DNA from: Eledone cirrhosa
Lineage: Eukaryota
Length of the DNA stretch: 64,000 bases
Direction of reading: 5' to 3'
NCBI GenBank assembly: GCA_964016885.1
Contig: OZ024755.1
Location: forward strand, 25,978,001 to 26,042,000
Part shown: positions 50,350 to 64,000 of the stretch, in pieces
How positions within the stretch are numbered: position 1 is the stretch's first letter
Layout: each line of letters opens with the position of its first letter
The notes under the pieces: model-generated
What the model was told of the DNA's origin: nothing
Seen by the model: the letters and a program-made list of their open reading frames with translations, nothing else
Database searches by the model: none
Position numbers and translations under genes: made by a program

Positions 50350-51270
50350 ATACATGCATAATACAATTTGCTCTTCATTTTGAGGGAAAAAACTTTTGTA
50401 GCTAGCAGCAGTAATAATTCCCTGAACTTTTTCCATCCCGTTTTTCGTCTGGCTACTGTACTTTTGGAACATCAACCTCCATTGCTAATTTGGTCACTCA
50501 GTTAACAGAAGCTGCTTACTGCTTCTATGGAACTCTCTAAGAATTTCATAGAGATTGTGTCCTGTGAGCACTTGTTGGTTACTGCTCCTATGCATGTAAA
50601 ACCTACGTTTTACTAGCCTGCTTGAGATCCCATTACATCTCTTGTGTACCTATAGTTTACATTTGGGACCAAAGATGGAATTTCTACCCACCCTTTTTCC
50701 TACACACTGAGCAGGACCGTTTCCCTGGAGGGATCATTGCCTTGTTTTCTTTTCTACTTACTTGCCAAGTTGACTTTAAGACCCTTTAATTTCAAGTCAT
50801 GCTTCCAGGTTAGGAATTTTTTCTTTAATTCTGTCCTAGCTATGAGAGTTAGGTCATCAGCAAACGGGAGTTCTCAATAGATATTGTTTTAAACTGTTTT
50901 GTTATAGCCTGGAGGATGATGATAAACAAGAGAGAGCTATGGATGGAGCCCTGGTGGACCTAACTTGCGTGCTAAGTTCCTCACTATAGTCGTTATTAAT
51001 TTTAACATTGCTGACTGCACCTTCACAAGCAACTCTTCTACTCCTAGTTTCCTAAGTGCCCACCCGATTACAGAATGAGGAACCCTGTCAAAAGCTTTTT
51101 CCATTTCAACAAATGCTAAGTAGAGAGGTTTACTTTTAGCTAGATACTTCTCCAGCGGTTGTCTCACAGGGAAGAGGGTATCCATGGTACTTTTTCCTGG
51201 TACAAATCTGAACTGCATCTCAACTCGATCCCTAATAGTTGTACATGACTCTTTCTGTGACTTTCATGTA
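50350..51270 (-). mobile_element. RTE LINE RT fragment
   Basis: MQFRFVPGKSTMD, YLAFVEMEKAFDRVP, FADDL. Confidence 0.85.
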
Positions 51271-52079
51271 TATCATCCTTATCATTTAATATCCACTTTC
51301 CTTGCTCGCAAGGGTTGCATAGGTTTACATAGACCACGTCACTACTGAAGTTGGTCTACTAACCTTCCAGACAGGCCGAGGGGTCTGCATCTTGCTTGCA
51401 TACATTCTATCCCATGCATAGAAGTTGCATACATATACATATATGTATATGTATAAGAAAAGGAAAAACATGAGTCAGAAAGGGCCCATTGGAAGCCCAG
51501 AGGGATTTGAGAGTGGAGTGTTTAAGATGAGCATGCTGGTTTGCAATGCAGACAATGTTGGTGAAGAAAATGAAACAAGTGGTACAAGTAAAATAAGGAA
51601 CCACCAGATGGACCCCAATATGAAAAGAAGGTAAATAAACAGGCAGAAGGCAACCAGTGTTGAGGCGAAGAAAACCAGAACTGGGAGAAAAAGAAAGCCC
51701 AAGTACTCTCTGTTCTTCAGAAAAAAGCCCTGCTGGCATGAGGAAGCAGAGACTGGCTGCAGATTTGCTTGCCCCAGGCTATGCGAGCTGCACACAACCT
51801 GTTCATCCCAAAGACTCTGGGTCACTGTCTAGGAAATAGGGTGATGTTGCACGTACTTCCCTGATAAAGCGGAGATAGTATGTAGAAGCTGTACAGACTG
51901 TAGCTGTGGAGCGACAATCTTTTTTAAAACAAAAGACTGTTGACTTGGCTGCATGAGATACAAAGCCAAAGTCAGTCTCGCCACCAAGAAAGAACCCAGG
52001 ATGACCACCTGATGCCCACCCAAATGTCACACCAGTCTTACTGATAAAACTGACCAGTAGTCTCTCCTACCCGAGAGAC

Positions 52080-52790
52080 TTAGCACAAGCAATCAAGCGA
52101 TGTGTATGGCACTCATTGAAACTCACCTGGCAACTAATATAGCAGATGCAGAAATACACAAACCTAAGTATGTTGTATTTCGTACTGTCAGGAGGGAGAG
52201 AACTCAGGTGGAGTTGCTTTGTATATCCATTAAGATGTCACATCATTAGTACTGTTGTCTCATTCCATAAATCAACTCAAAATGGTAATGTGTTACATAT
52301 CGACCACGGGGACAAGTTTAAAGATAGCCTCAGAAAGATGGAAGAAGTACTAAACTGGATCAGTCTCAACATCCTACTGCTGTGAGATTTTAACTTCCAT
52401 GAGGTCAAATGGCCTGAAGGCCATTCCCTCCCAAGAATGACGGCACTTGAGCAAAAGCAGATAGAATCCTTGCTGAAACAGACTTTTTATGGAACAAATG
52501 GTACATTATCTGATAAAAGGTGAAAATATCTAGGATCTCTGCTTCACAAATAACACAGAGCTCATCCACAATATGAAGATGACACTACTGATTTTCTTCA
52601 TTCATAACATAGTAGAACTAGTAACGTATAGTCCGAGGAAGACTGTAGATAAGCAGCCAACAGGAAATATTCAGTTTCTATCCAGCCTGAACTTCCACAA
52701 TACTAGCTGGAAAGGGATTCAGGAAGAGATCCTGAAGCAAATCTAGACCGATACCCTCTCTATGCAAGATGTCAACATGCAACAATGCTA
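52080..52790 (+). mobile_element. CR1/L2-like LINE AP-endonuclease remnant (upstream 51450-52080 may be ORF1 remnant)
   Basis: IETHLATNIADAEI, GGVALYI, TYRP, NILLL*DFNFHEVKW. Confidence 0.72.
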
Positions 52791-52799
52791 GCACCAAAC

Positions 52800-53690
52800 A
52801 TTGAGGGGCTACTTATTTTACATGTGACCTTGTAGACTAAATATGCTCATGCATTGTTGATGGGACAATTAGGAAGTGTGCACATGTAAGTAAGTTGGTG
52901 TCTGTGAAGCAGTATTTTCAATAAGGGTCCCGAGTGAACCAGCTGTATATTCAGGCCCTGCCTGTGGATGGCTTGTCTGAAATGCGGCAACTTTAGGTAG
53001 CATATGTTACCTCTGTTAAGTGTTACTGCCTTGGTGTTTGGTGTTCAGTGAGAGAAGTAGGGTAGCCATTCTCAGTAAGAAGTCTGGAATTTCACCCTAG
53101 GTTAATCGCTACCTAAGCTGCATCTGTTGCACATCTTGGAGATCTCATTCTGTATACAGGCCATTTTGGCTCTGTAGGGAAGGACAATCGTAGTGCACAA
53201 ATATGTATATGGATCCTCGTCTGTGACTTAGTGTACAGTCGAGTAGTGAGAGGGATCCAGTGGTGTCTCTGTACTCAACCACAAAATTCACATGTATATC
53301 TACATTTTCGAAGATATGAATCTTGATGGCTTCTTCATGTGATGAAGTGCACAAATGGATATTATCCAGGTACTTAAAGATGAATGAGCAAGAGAGGCAG
53401 GTGGTGAGTGCTATATGCTCCAACTGGTCTGTAAGTAATGGCCAGTAGGCCTGAGAGATTTGACCCCATTGGAAATCCCGAAATTTGTTTGTAGACAGAG
53501 CCTTCAAACTGGAAGAAAGGGTTGCATATGATGACAGAGAGCAACTCGTGGATGTCAGCAGCAGTGAACCCAAAGCAATTGAGCTCGGTAGGGGCGAAAT
53601 GTTGTCCGTAATTAAATATACTGGGTAAAACATTACTTTGTTTTGTTTTATTTCTCATCCTTTGCCCCTTATATATTTCTACCACATTGT
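52800..53690 (-). mobile_element. Penelope-like element RT plus GIY-YIG remnant
   Basis: FQFEGSVYKQISGFPMGSNLSGLLA, KYLDNI, FVVEYRDTTGSLSLLD, and CTLPNCP..LVYKVTC near 52830-52880. Confidence 0.8.
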
Positions 53691-53829
53691 ACTGGCTTTT
53701 TGAAACTTATCAGTCATTTATTACATATCTTACAATATTAACTATAAATATATATATATATGTGTTTGTGTATCATCATCATCTTCGTTTAACGTCCATC
53801 TTCCACGCTAGCATGTATTTATATATAGA

Positions 53830-53865
<36 letters not shown>

Positions 53866-54369
53866 GATTATATGTATTTTTGTGTGTATATATATAAATC
53901 ATAGAAATAACTATTAAAACAGCCAAATGCTGTCAATTACAACAGCATGTAAACCTGGTAAAAATACTATGGACAGAAATCAGTGACCAGTTGCTGGTTG
54001 AGAGAAACGTAAAGTTGTGAGTCGAGTGGCAGGTAGCTGAAATATAGAAAAGATTGAGAGAGTTGGCAGGTAGAAGTGATAAGAAGAAAGGAAGACAAAT
54101 GGAGATTAGTCAAGATTAAAGTTATAAACAATACAAAAATCACAGATGTAGCTGACCCTGTCAGCACTCAAGCTGGCTTGTGGTTTCGCACAAATTGAGA
54201 GGACTACAATTTTTATACCAGCTCAAGCTGGCATAAAAATTGCATTTCTGTATTCTTATACACATATTTATATAGTTAGTCTTAGTTAATCAATTACTTT
54301 GTTGCTTGTTTCTTCAAGTATAGACACAGGAAGAGCACATGTAAAACATGAAAGATATATATATATATA

Positions 54370-55566
54370 CAAGGTTTGTCCCCAAAGTAAGGGTACTGAT
54401 TTTCCCATGTATTTTGTTGATGTATATAAGTGTTTTGATTATGACATTGGCTGTATATACCTGTTTCAACATGATTGATTGAGTCAGTCATGAATTATTG
54501 GTTTATATACAGATTTGTTTACAACCTCTGTTAATGTTTGTGATGCAGGAAAGTATCGAACAATGGTATGTGATCAAATTTTGTGTGAAACTTAACAAAT
54601 CTACCACCAAAACATTTCTTGAACAGAAATGTCATTCTATCATGAAGTTAAGTTTTTAAGTGGCCGAAAGCTGTCAAAGAGGGTCAAGGAAATGTTGAAG
54701 ACAAACCTTATTCTGGAAGGGCAATCTCTTCAACCATTGAATGAAATGTTGTAGTGGTGTAAGATCGTCGATTAAGTGTTAGGATGATTGCAGAAGAAAT
54801 GGACTTAAATAAAAATGCAGTTAACAGAATTTAACAGACCAATGCACATGCCAACAATTTGTGCAAAGTTAGTGCCCAAACACTTGTGTGTGTAGCAAAG
54901 AGCGAACTGGTTCGATCTTTGTCAGGATCTGTTTGAAAGGCTCAAAATTGAGCCAAATTTCTTGGATAAAGAAAAAACAGGAGATGAATCATGCTTAAGT
55001 ACAATCAAGAGACAAAAGAACTAAGTGAGGGGTGGCACACGAAAAATTCTCCTTGTCCAAAGAAAGTAGATCCTGGGTGAAAACAATTATTATTTTTTTT
55101 TTTTTGGTAGTTGTGGTGTTGTACTTCCAGGAGAGACAGTTAATTGCACTTTCTTCAAAAGCAGGTCCAGTGAGTCCGAAAGGACATTACAGGAGATTGG
55201 GTACTGCTCCACAATAACACGCCTGCTCACACATTGCTTTCATTTAGAGAATTTTTGACAAAGGAAAATATTCCCGTTCTTTCACATCCTCCCTACAGCC
55301 CAGATCTAGCTCTGTGATTTCTACCTCTTCCCTAAATTGAAATCGTAGTTGAAAGGTTATTATTTTGGGACTGTGGAAATTGTAGCTGACAACCTAAGGA
55401 CACTCACAGAAAAGGACTTCCAGTACTATTACAATCAATGGAAAAAACAGAACCACTGTGTGTCTTCTCAAGGGTCGTGTTTCGAAGGAGATATCTTGTA
55501 ATTTCATGTACGCCTAATATACATTTAAATAAAAAATCAGTACCCTTACTTTTGGGACAAAACTTG
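54370..55566 (+). mobile_element. mariner (DD34D-type) transposon, degenerate
   Basis: TIRs CAAGGTTTGTCCCCAAAGTAAGGGTACTGATTTT / AAAATCAGTACCCTTACTTTTGGGACAAAACTTG with TA flanks. Remnants MQESIEQ..IKFCVKL, TGDES, HNNTPAH, HPPYSPDLA. Confidence 0.9.
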
Positions 55567-57439
55567 TATATAAACATATGTATATGTTTATTTGCTCTAA
55601 TATACGCCGAGAAATATGTGACCAAAAAATTAATGGTAAAATGGAGTGTTGGCTTGTATACAACGTTTATACAATATGTTGATTAGTTGTTTCGGCTTAT
55701 AAATGAGGTTTGAATTTTTGCCCATTTCTCAGACATAAAATGGAGAGTTTGTTTATATTTAGTATTATATATATATAAATATATTGATAGTCTGCAATAC
55801 TGGGACTGGAGAGACTCAAATCAAAGAAGTACTATGATGCAAAGTGGTTAGATTCGTAAAAATAGAGGATCTACCGCAAGCTCAGCAGTTTCAGCTAGTT
55901 ATGTGGTGGTTTGTTGTGTTCTTCCATGTTGCAGCAGTTCATTCAGTTCCAGCTGTGGGTTAACCCCTGTAAGAGACTAGTATCTAGTTCAGGTGTGGGG
56001 TTTCATCATAAGATTGGGCCTTTATCATTAACACAGCAAAGAAACTTTTGAAATACACTGCTGTTGTAAGAGGCCAGTTAAACCTACATAGGTGTGAGCT
56101 GTAACAACAACAATGGTGCTTCGGAATGACTTAGAATAGTTGATCATCATCATGATTTCAATCTGGTTTGATTAAATGATCACTGACATAAGTAAGTAGC
56201 TAGTATAACAATCATTGGTTGATTGATCTACTTCATGTAATATAGGTCACTAGCTCTTTTGACGTCACACTAGTATTATACTTTACTATTGTTGTCTTGT
56301 TTTAAATAGCTGTAATAAACTTCTTTTGTATATTTTATTGTGGCTTTTTATTTGGGATTAAATATTTTTCACATAAATTCCATTCGTATCCATCCTCCTA
56401 CCTCTAACTCTTTAATTGAAAGTTTTCTCTTCTCTCTCCTCCACTCTATATTTGTATTTATGTCAATATTTTAAATAATTCACAAAACACTCTTAACTCG
56501 TTTTAAAATAATTTAATTTTTTTCTTCATGGTGCAACAGTCTGAGAATTTTTCTTTTATAAATTAATTGTATGGATTCTGTGGAATTGGTGAATTCTTGC
56601 TGTCTCTTGTCTTTAGATGATTAATTTTGTTGTTGTTTAGCCCTAGGTAAACTCCAGGTTGAGCAGATTTATAATCAAACACACTTCTGGTCGTAATCAT
56701 TGTATGTATGTATGTGTGTGTGTTGATTTCAAGTCTATCCGATCTAAAATGTAATTTGGTTTAATTATTTAATTAGAAAACCAAAAAATATTCATTTACA
56801 ATATTATAAAAAAACTTGTATAAATCATATTGTTTGAAAATATTTTTAATTAACGCTTTCATTAACATATTTCTAATGAAATATACTGCCTATGTGTTTG
56901 ATTTTATTTACAAAATAAAAAGAAATTGGAGTGATTTATTAAAACATCTAATTTCTTCATCATGAAGTTGGTATTTAGAACAGAAGGATCTTAAGTAAAA
57001 CTTTAATTTTTAATAAAACACTTTAGAAAGAATGGTCAGTTTTGTATCATAGAACCAGAGAAGGTCTCAGGTATATTGGTATTGAAAGGGTTAATGCTAC
57101 TATTATGTAACAAAAAAAAAAGAAAATTTGCTCTACATGGCTGAATACAATAAATGTAATCTGAGTTTATCGAATATTAGCAACATTAGATTCGTTTGCA
57201 ATTTTGCAAACAAGCCTCAATTTTATAGCCATGTCAGTAGAATGAACACTTCATTCTTGCTCTTGTGTTGGCATGCGAACAGAACTGCAGACACTAAGGT
57301 TTCTGGGTATCACCCTTCATCAGTACAGCTCACTGTTCACCTGCTAAACTGTCAGAGCTAGTGAAAATATATGCTATTTTAAAAAATACACAGTGACTGA
57401 TTTGCATATTAGCACTCTGGCTAATATATATACATATAT

Positions 57440-57771
57440 CATCATTTCATTTTACGTCCGCTTTTTCCCTGCTTGCAAGGGTGGGACAGGAACTGATTCT
57501 GGCTTGATTTCTACAGTTGGATGCCCTTCCTAACACACCAACCCCATTTACAGTGAGTGCTAGGTGTTTTTTTGCCGTGGCACCTTCATGACCACTTTAC
57601 AGTTGAATGATAGGGACCCCAGTCCCTATCATCTCATTTCTACAGCTGAGTAAACTGGAGCAATGTGAAATAAAGTGTCTTGATCAAGGAAACAACATAT
57701 CACCCGGTCTGAGAATTGAACTTACAACTTTTCGATTGCAAGGCCAATGCTCTAACCACTAAGCTATGTGC

Positions 57772-57772
<1 letters not shown>
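57440..57772 (-). mobile_element. SINE family B, inverted near-identical copy of 50011-50345
   Basis: Reverse complement aligns over the full length with scattered substitutions. Confidence 0.88.
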
Positions 57773-57837
<65 letters not shown>

Positions 57838-57871
57838 TATAAGATCAAAAGATGGTTAAAAGAGTTCCAAG

Positions 57872-57947
57872 TATTTTATTATGCGCATTTCAAAAACAAA
57901 TATCATCATGGGATGATAGCTTAGCTGCGTTCTCATCAGATAAAATA
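57872..57947 (-). ncRNA. Minimal type-I hammerhead ribozyme (Penelope pLTR type)
   Basis: Minus strand: UAUUUUAU-CUGAUGA-(stem II containing UAUCAUC/GAUGAUA)-GAAA-UGCGCA-UA-AUAAAAUA. Same stem I as 22271; the closing pair of stem II is G-U. Confidence 0.72.
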
Positions 57948-58259
57948 GGGATACATAATATGAAGCTCAAAAAACACTTGTGAATAGTGAAGTTTTAAAT
58001 CAACATATGAAAAATAATTTAAGATTGGGAAAAAGTGAGGGGGGTGGAAAAGGTGAGGAGGAGATGAGAGTAAAGAATGGTGGGGGAGGAATATGTATAT
58101 ATATATATATATCGTATGAAATAATACAGCCAATTTTCCACAATAACAGTTAGCACCCCGAACGTTTAATTAGGAATATACTCACTTATTTCCTAATGTT
58201 TGTTGAGTGAGTTGGGATTTGGCCGGAGTATCGCTATTAGCTTTCTCCGATAATGTATT

Positions 58260-59410
<1,151 letters not shown>

Positions 59411-59747
59411 ATAGATAGAATAAAATCAGTTATATTATATATAACAGGGGTTAACCTTACAGGCCCCATTGTTAGGCTTCATACTTAGGGAGTCCGTTTA
59501 GGAGTAATGTTTTACAGGTGGTGCCCTTCCTGGTGTTCTTTTAATCACATTTTACGACATGCATGAAGTCACTGGGTGGATTGGCAGTATTGGTAGAGGG
59601 TTGGACGCCATGCTTTCCAGCATAGTTACGTCCCTTTACGATCTGAGTTCAAATCCTGCCGAGGTTGACTTTGCCTTTCATCCTTACGGGGTCGATAAAA
59701 TAAAGTACCAGTAATTGCTGGCCTAGTGCCTAAAGTAGAAACAATTA

Positions 59748-59945
59748 TAAACCAGATACACACAGGATACATTGTACCTATTGTAAACCAAATACACTCA
59801 GGGATACAGGGCACCTATTGTAACGCAGATACACACAGGGATACAGTGTACCTATTCTAAACCAGATACACACGGATTCAGTGTGCCTATTGTAAACCAA
59901 ATACACACGGATACCGTGTACCTGTTGTAAATCAGATACACTCAG
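59748..59945. repeat. 36-37 bp tandem repeat; related short arrays near 28945-29045 and 40710-40775
   Basis: TAAACCAGATACACACAGGATACAGTGTACCTATTG, about 5 copies. Confidence 0.85.
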
Positions 59946-61647
59946 CTAATTATATGTATATAATTTTTTTTATTTAACCCTGTTTATACCAAACCATCTA
60001 AAATTCCCAAATGATACAATACCGTCAATTTTAAAGTATTTATATTTATCTAAAGATTTTCCATCATAATTTTATAAACAACTTTTTGTTGTGTTCCAAA
60101 CTCCAATTTCATAATAAAAAAATTTATAATTTGTGATTATTTAATTGAAACACATCCAGCTGTAGAAGCCATGCCAAGAAAGGGTTGAAAGGACTCTTCA
60201 GTTGAGTCAAGAGCTTAGCAACTTCCCTAGTGTTGGTGGTCTACACAAAAACCACATTCAGTACATTTTGTAAAGCAGTTGGTGATAGGAAAGGCGACCA
60301 GCCATAGAAAAACTGCCAAACAAAATGGCCAGGTGAACTCTTTGGCTGTGTTGAAGACATGACAAACTCTTTTGTGCCGTTGTAGCACCTAGTACACTCT
60401 ATAGAGTAAGTGAGAAGCCAGCTCCAATTAAATACTAATGTGGTTTGACAACCTTTCCAACCCTGCTAGCTGGGGAAAATGGGACCTTAAATGGGGATGA
60501 CAGTCTATATTCTTATAGATATGGTAACAAAAAGGTAAAAGACATTTCAAAACAATAAGATTTATAAAGGAAATATATTTGGAATGTGGCAAGTGAAGTT
60601 TTAGAATAGAAATAGAAGCGTCACCATAACATTGATTACATAATATAGTCTAATAATGAACAGAAAAAGATGGCTATTAGCACCTCATACCCATCTTTTC
60701 CCATTCAGTGGGTTTATAAGCTGTATTATGTAATCAATAAGATTTATATAAGTTCTTTTCTTGTGAATCTCTATTTTGATGAAATACACAGCATTTTAAT
60801 TAATTAATGCAATATTTGGAGGGATTTACTAAAAATAATAATGGAACACCATTATTGAGACGGTATTTATAACATATCCTAACAAAAGGTTCTCATATAA
60901 AATTACATAGGAAGTTTTTAATTGGAATCCTTTAAGTGGTTTTGTGTCATAGAACCAGTTTTGGCCAGGCTGCTATCAAAAAGGTTAAGATTTAAACCAA
61001 CTTTTTATGTGTAAAATGTGAAGTCTGACTATATTATGTAGTGGTGTGTGTTAGATGTGACTAATTGTTGATAGTATCCCACTTTATTTTGTTGTTAGTT
61101 ACATTTCAGCTAGTTCCATTGTGTGTCATTGCACATATGCAGCTATATATGTTCACCTGTAATGTATATACTCACAATTGAACACATACATGCATACCTG
61201 TTTGTGTATCTGATTAAGTATTTACATGATGTGTGTGTATGTAACTTACTAAGGTGCAACGTACATAACGAACGCGCAAAGACACATACACTCATATTAG
61301 ATTATTTTAGATAAAGTGTTATATTGCTTTAATCCAAATGAAAATAAAAATTATGTTACTCCCGGGGTCTAATACCATGTAAAATTTGATTTGATTTGGT
61401 CGAGCCGTTTGGGAATGCATAAGGAAAAGACAGACAGAGACCAAGAATTTTATATATATATATATATATATGTATATATAATTGCAACAGTGACATAAAC
61501 AGGTACTCAAGTTTCATTCAGCCTGTCTTTGTTTTTATTTTTCTCATGTCAGGCTGAACGAGTTGGGGCCCACAACCCAACAAAACTTGGGTACCTAACT
61601 CGGACTGAGTGCTCTAACCCATGAATATTTCCACCTAACTTTTACTA

Positions 61648-61775
61648 CATAGGTGGCCCAAAAGTTGTGATACATAAAAAAATAATTATGCTTTATAAGA
61701 AACAATTTATATTCAAAATAAATAAATATGGAAACTTTAAAATTTTCTATGTATTGCGACTTTTGGGCCACCCTG
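61648..61775. mobile_element. Tc1-type MITE
   Basis: TA-CATAGGTGGCCCAAAAGTTGTGATACAT / ATGTATTGCGACTTTTGGGCCACCCTG-TA. Confidence 0.75.
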
Positions 61776-62364
61776 TATTTACGGAAAAATCCCACCCTTT
61801 TCCAGGAAAATATGTCAAAAACAATCGTGACTTATTGCACCTAGAAAACCTAAATTCAAAGTATATAGTTCATTGTAAACATAAAATGGAATTGCAACAT
61901 ATTTAACTGTACAACTTCTACATGAATGTATATGGTATGGCAATAAGATTCTTTCTTAATTCTATGTAATCCTTGCAAAGAATGGTTGCCTAAAATTGCA
62001 ATGGAAACTGTTATAGCAAGAGACAAAAAAAGAAGATTTGGTGGACCAAATGTAAATAATTTAATACCATGTGCATTCATGTTTTTCAAATGATGCAATT
62101 GCTTTGTGTGTGCTGACAAGTATGTCATGTTGTTGAAATAACTCCATACACCATTGCAGCTATCTGTAATACTAGCAGTGATTTTGTATAGCCAGTTGCT
62201 TTCTGAGCTATTCTCTCGTAATTCCTTTATCTATGTACAGGGTGTGGAGTGCTTATCCAACTGTTGCATGTTTAGAATAGGTACTTTGCATCCTTGTGGG
62301 TTGTTGAAAGCAACTAAAAGTGTTGGTGTCAGGAAAGACATCCAACTGTAAATAAAACATTGCC

Positions 62365-63029
62365 TTAACCCTTTAGCATTTAAACCAGCCAGAATTCTCT
62401 CACCTCTTTCTGTTCAAACCGGCCATAACTGGCCACTCATCTTGATGTTAAGGTGTTCTCAAAATAAATAATATCAAAATCTCAGATTTGATGTTATGTG
62501 AGATAATTATGCAAGATAAAGCCTTCACCACAAAAAATACAATAGAGTAATGTAAATGCCAAGGGTTAAAAAGCCCCTTTTAACTCATTCCAGCATGGAA
62601 AAGTCAACATAAAAATGATGGTAGATCTCGGCTGTCACTCATAATCGAGTATAACTTGATAGGATGTAAGAACATATATGAGGTATGGGGCCCACACTCT
62701 GTATTATGAGAAGTCAGTATTTCCCAGTACTGACCTGTCCATTGCTAGCAGGGGAAAATGGGTGTTAGATGATGATAAGATGGGGAGGGGGACAGAAAGG
62801 CAAAACTTGCTTATCAACTGATGTTTATTCTACCAACCTTCCAAAGTTCACTACTTCTGTTTTACCCCTTTAGCATTTAAACCAGCTGTATCCAGCCAGA
62901 ATTCTCATACTGATGTTAAGGTATTGTTCTCAAAATAAATAGCATCAAAATCTCATAGATTTGATATGTGAGTTAATTATGTACAAATACAATAGTAAAT
63001 ATAGAGTAATGTAAATACTAAAGGGTTAA
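62365..63029 (+). mobile_element. Two further copies of the piggyBac-type MITE
   Basis: CCCTTTAGCATTTAAACCAGC...AAGGGTTAA at 62365-62569 and about 62865-63029. Confidence 0.85.
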
Positions 63030-64000
63030 ACTGTTACCATCTATATTCTCAGCAAGTAGAAACAAATAAATATAGTCTATATTTTGAATGTTTTAAATCA
63101 TCCACTTCACCGGATTATAAATAACACTTCAATGTAGATGATTTCTATTCTATTACGTGTTCCAACTGACGTGCTGAGGCACTGTTGAAAGAAAAAAAAA
63201 ACGGGATTCATAAAACTGAAGGTGTAATTTAGGTTAAATTACTGCTATTGTTCACTAACACACATTACTTTTTGGGGGGGTCAATGTGTGGTGGTGGTGG
63301 TGGTGGTGGACAAGATCTATTTAGGATGATGTGTTCTCTTCACAATTGACTGATATCATTATCATCATCATTGTTTAATGTCCGTTTTTCCATGCTGGCA
63401 TGGGTTTGACGAGTTGTCCCATTGTGAGACATGCCCGGTACGATGACCATGTCTTGCTTATACAGAACTGTTTCTGGCTTAGTTTCTATGGCTGGATGCT
63501 TCTACTAATGCCAACTACATTTACAGTGTGAGCTGGGTACTTGTCGTGGCACCAAAACAATCTAAACTGGGGTGGGAGTTGGAGAAGTGGATTTAGGGTG
63601 GGACACTTATTTGGTGATGGGTGGTGTATAGAAGGGAGAAGGTAAGGGAAAGTAGTGCTTACTAGATGTATGCTTCAAGCCATGCATATGGCAAGGCAGA
63701 TCTATATTACAACATAACACCAGAGATCTCAATCCTATGTCCATCGCCTATGAGAGGTGCAGTTGTGCAATGTCAGTTTTTATCAACTTTGAGCACCCTG
63801 CACCTTTTTATGTAGCTGTCATCTTTCATATGCATCACATGGCCATATCGATGCAATCTCCTGTCTTGCACACTCCATCTGATTCCTCTTATGCCTAGTT
63901 TCTCTCAGTTCATTTGTGCTTTGCATCTATATTTCTATTGATTATATCAACCCCAGTACTTATTTTACTGGTTTCAGTTATTAGACTGTGGCCATAGTGG

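Noticed and set aside
54549-54565. TGCAG|GAAAGT...|GTATGT as a possible YTHDF downstream exon
   Set aside because: It is the 5' end of the mariner transposase ORF.
61553-61624. Candidate terminal exon AERVGAHNPTKLGYLTRTECSNP*
   Set aside because: Not called as a feature: no recognisable homology, and the minus strand resembles a decayed tRNA/SINE head.

Overview
AT-rich, repeat-dense eukaryotic DNA, not prokaryotic. The tRNA-SINEs, RTE LINEs and (TA)n tracts look like an octopod cephalopod genome (inference). One host gene is clear: a + strand YTHDF-family m6A reader. I reconstructed its coding exons by hand at 24329-24355, 33858-33882, 34908-34975, a probable extra 39-nt exon at 37689-37727, and 42166-43506. 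The terminal exon was not located. The rest is mostly decayed transposons: two DD37D/maT elements, two mariners, a piggyBac deletion derivative with its MITEs, a Helitron nested in one MITE, pogo/Tc1 MITEs, RTE, CR1-like, RLE-type and Penelope retroelement fragments, and many SINEs and minisatellites. There is a 200-N gap at 23658-23857. The most interesting signal is a set of minimal type-I hammerhead ribozyme motifs (CUGANGA...GAAA, palindromic loop 3), best at 22271-22332 and 57872-57947. They sit in short non-coding, (TA)n-flanked, sometimes fold-back elements that look like Penelope pseudo-LTRs or retrozyme-like units, almost all on the minus strand. Several long hairpins and inverted repeat pairs lie in the YTHDF transcription unit. 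All calls were made by eye, and TE boundaries are approximate unless terminal repeats are quoted.
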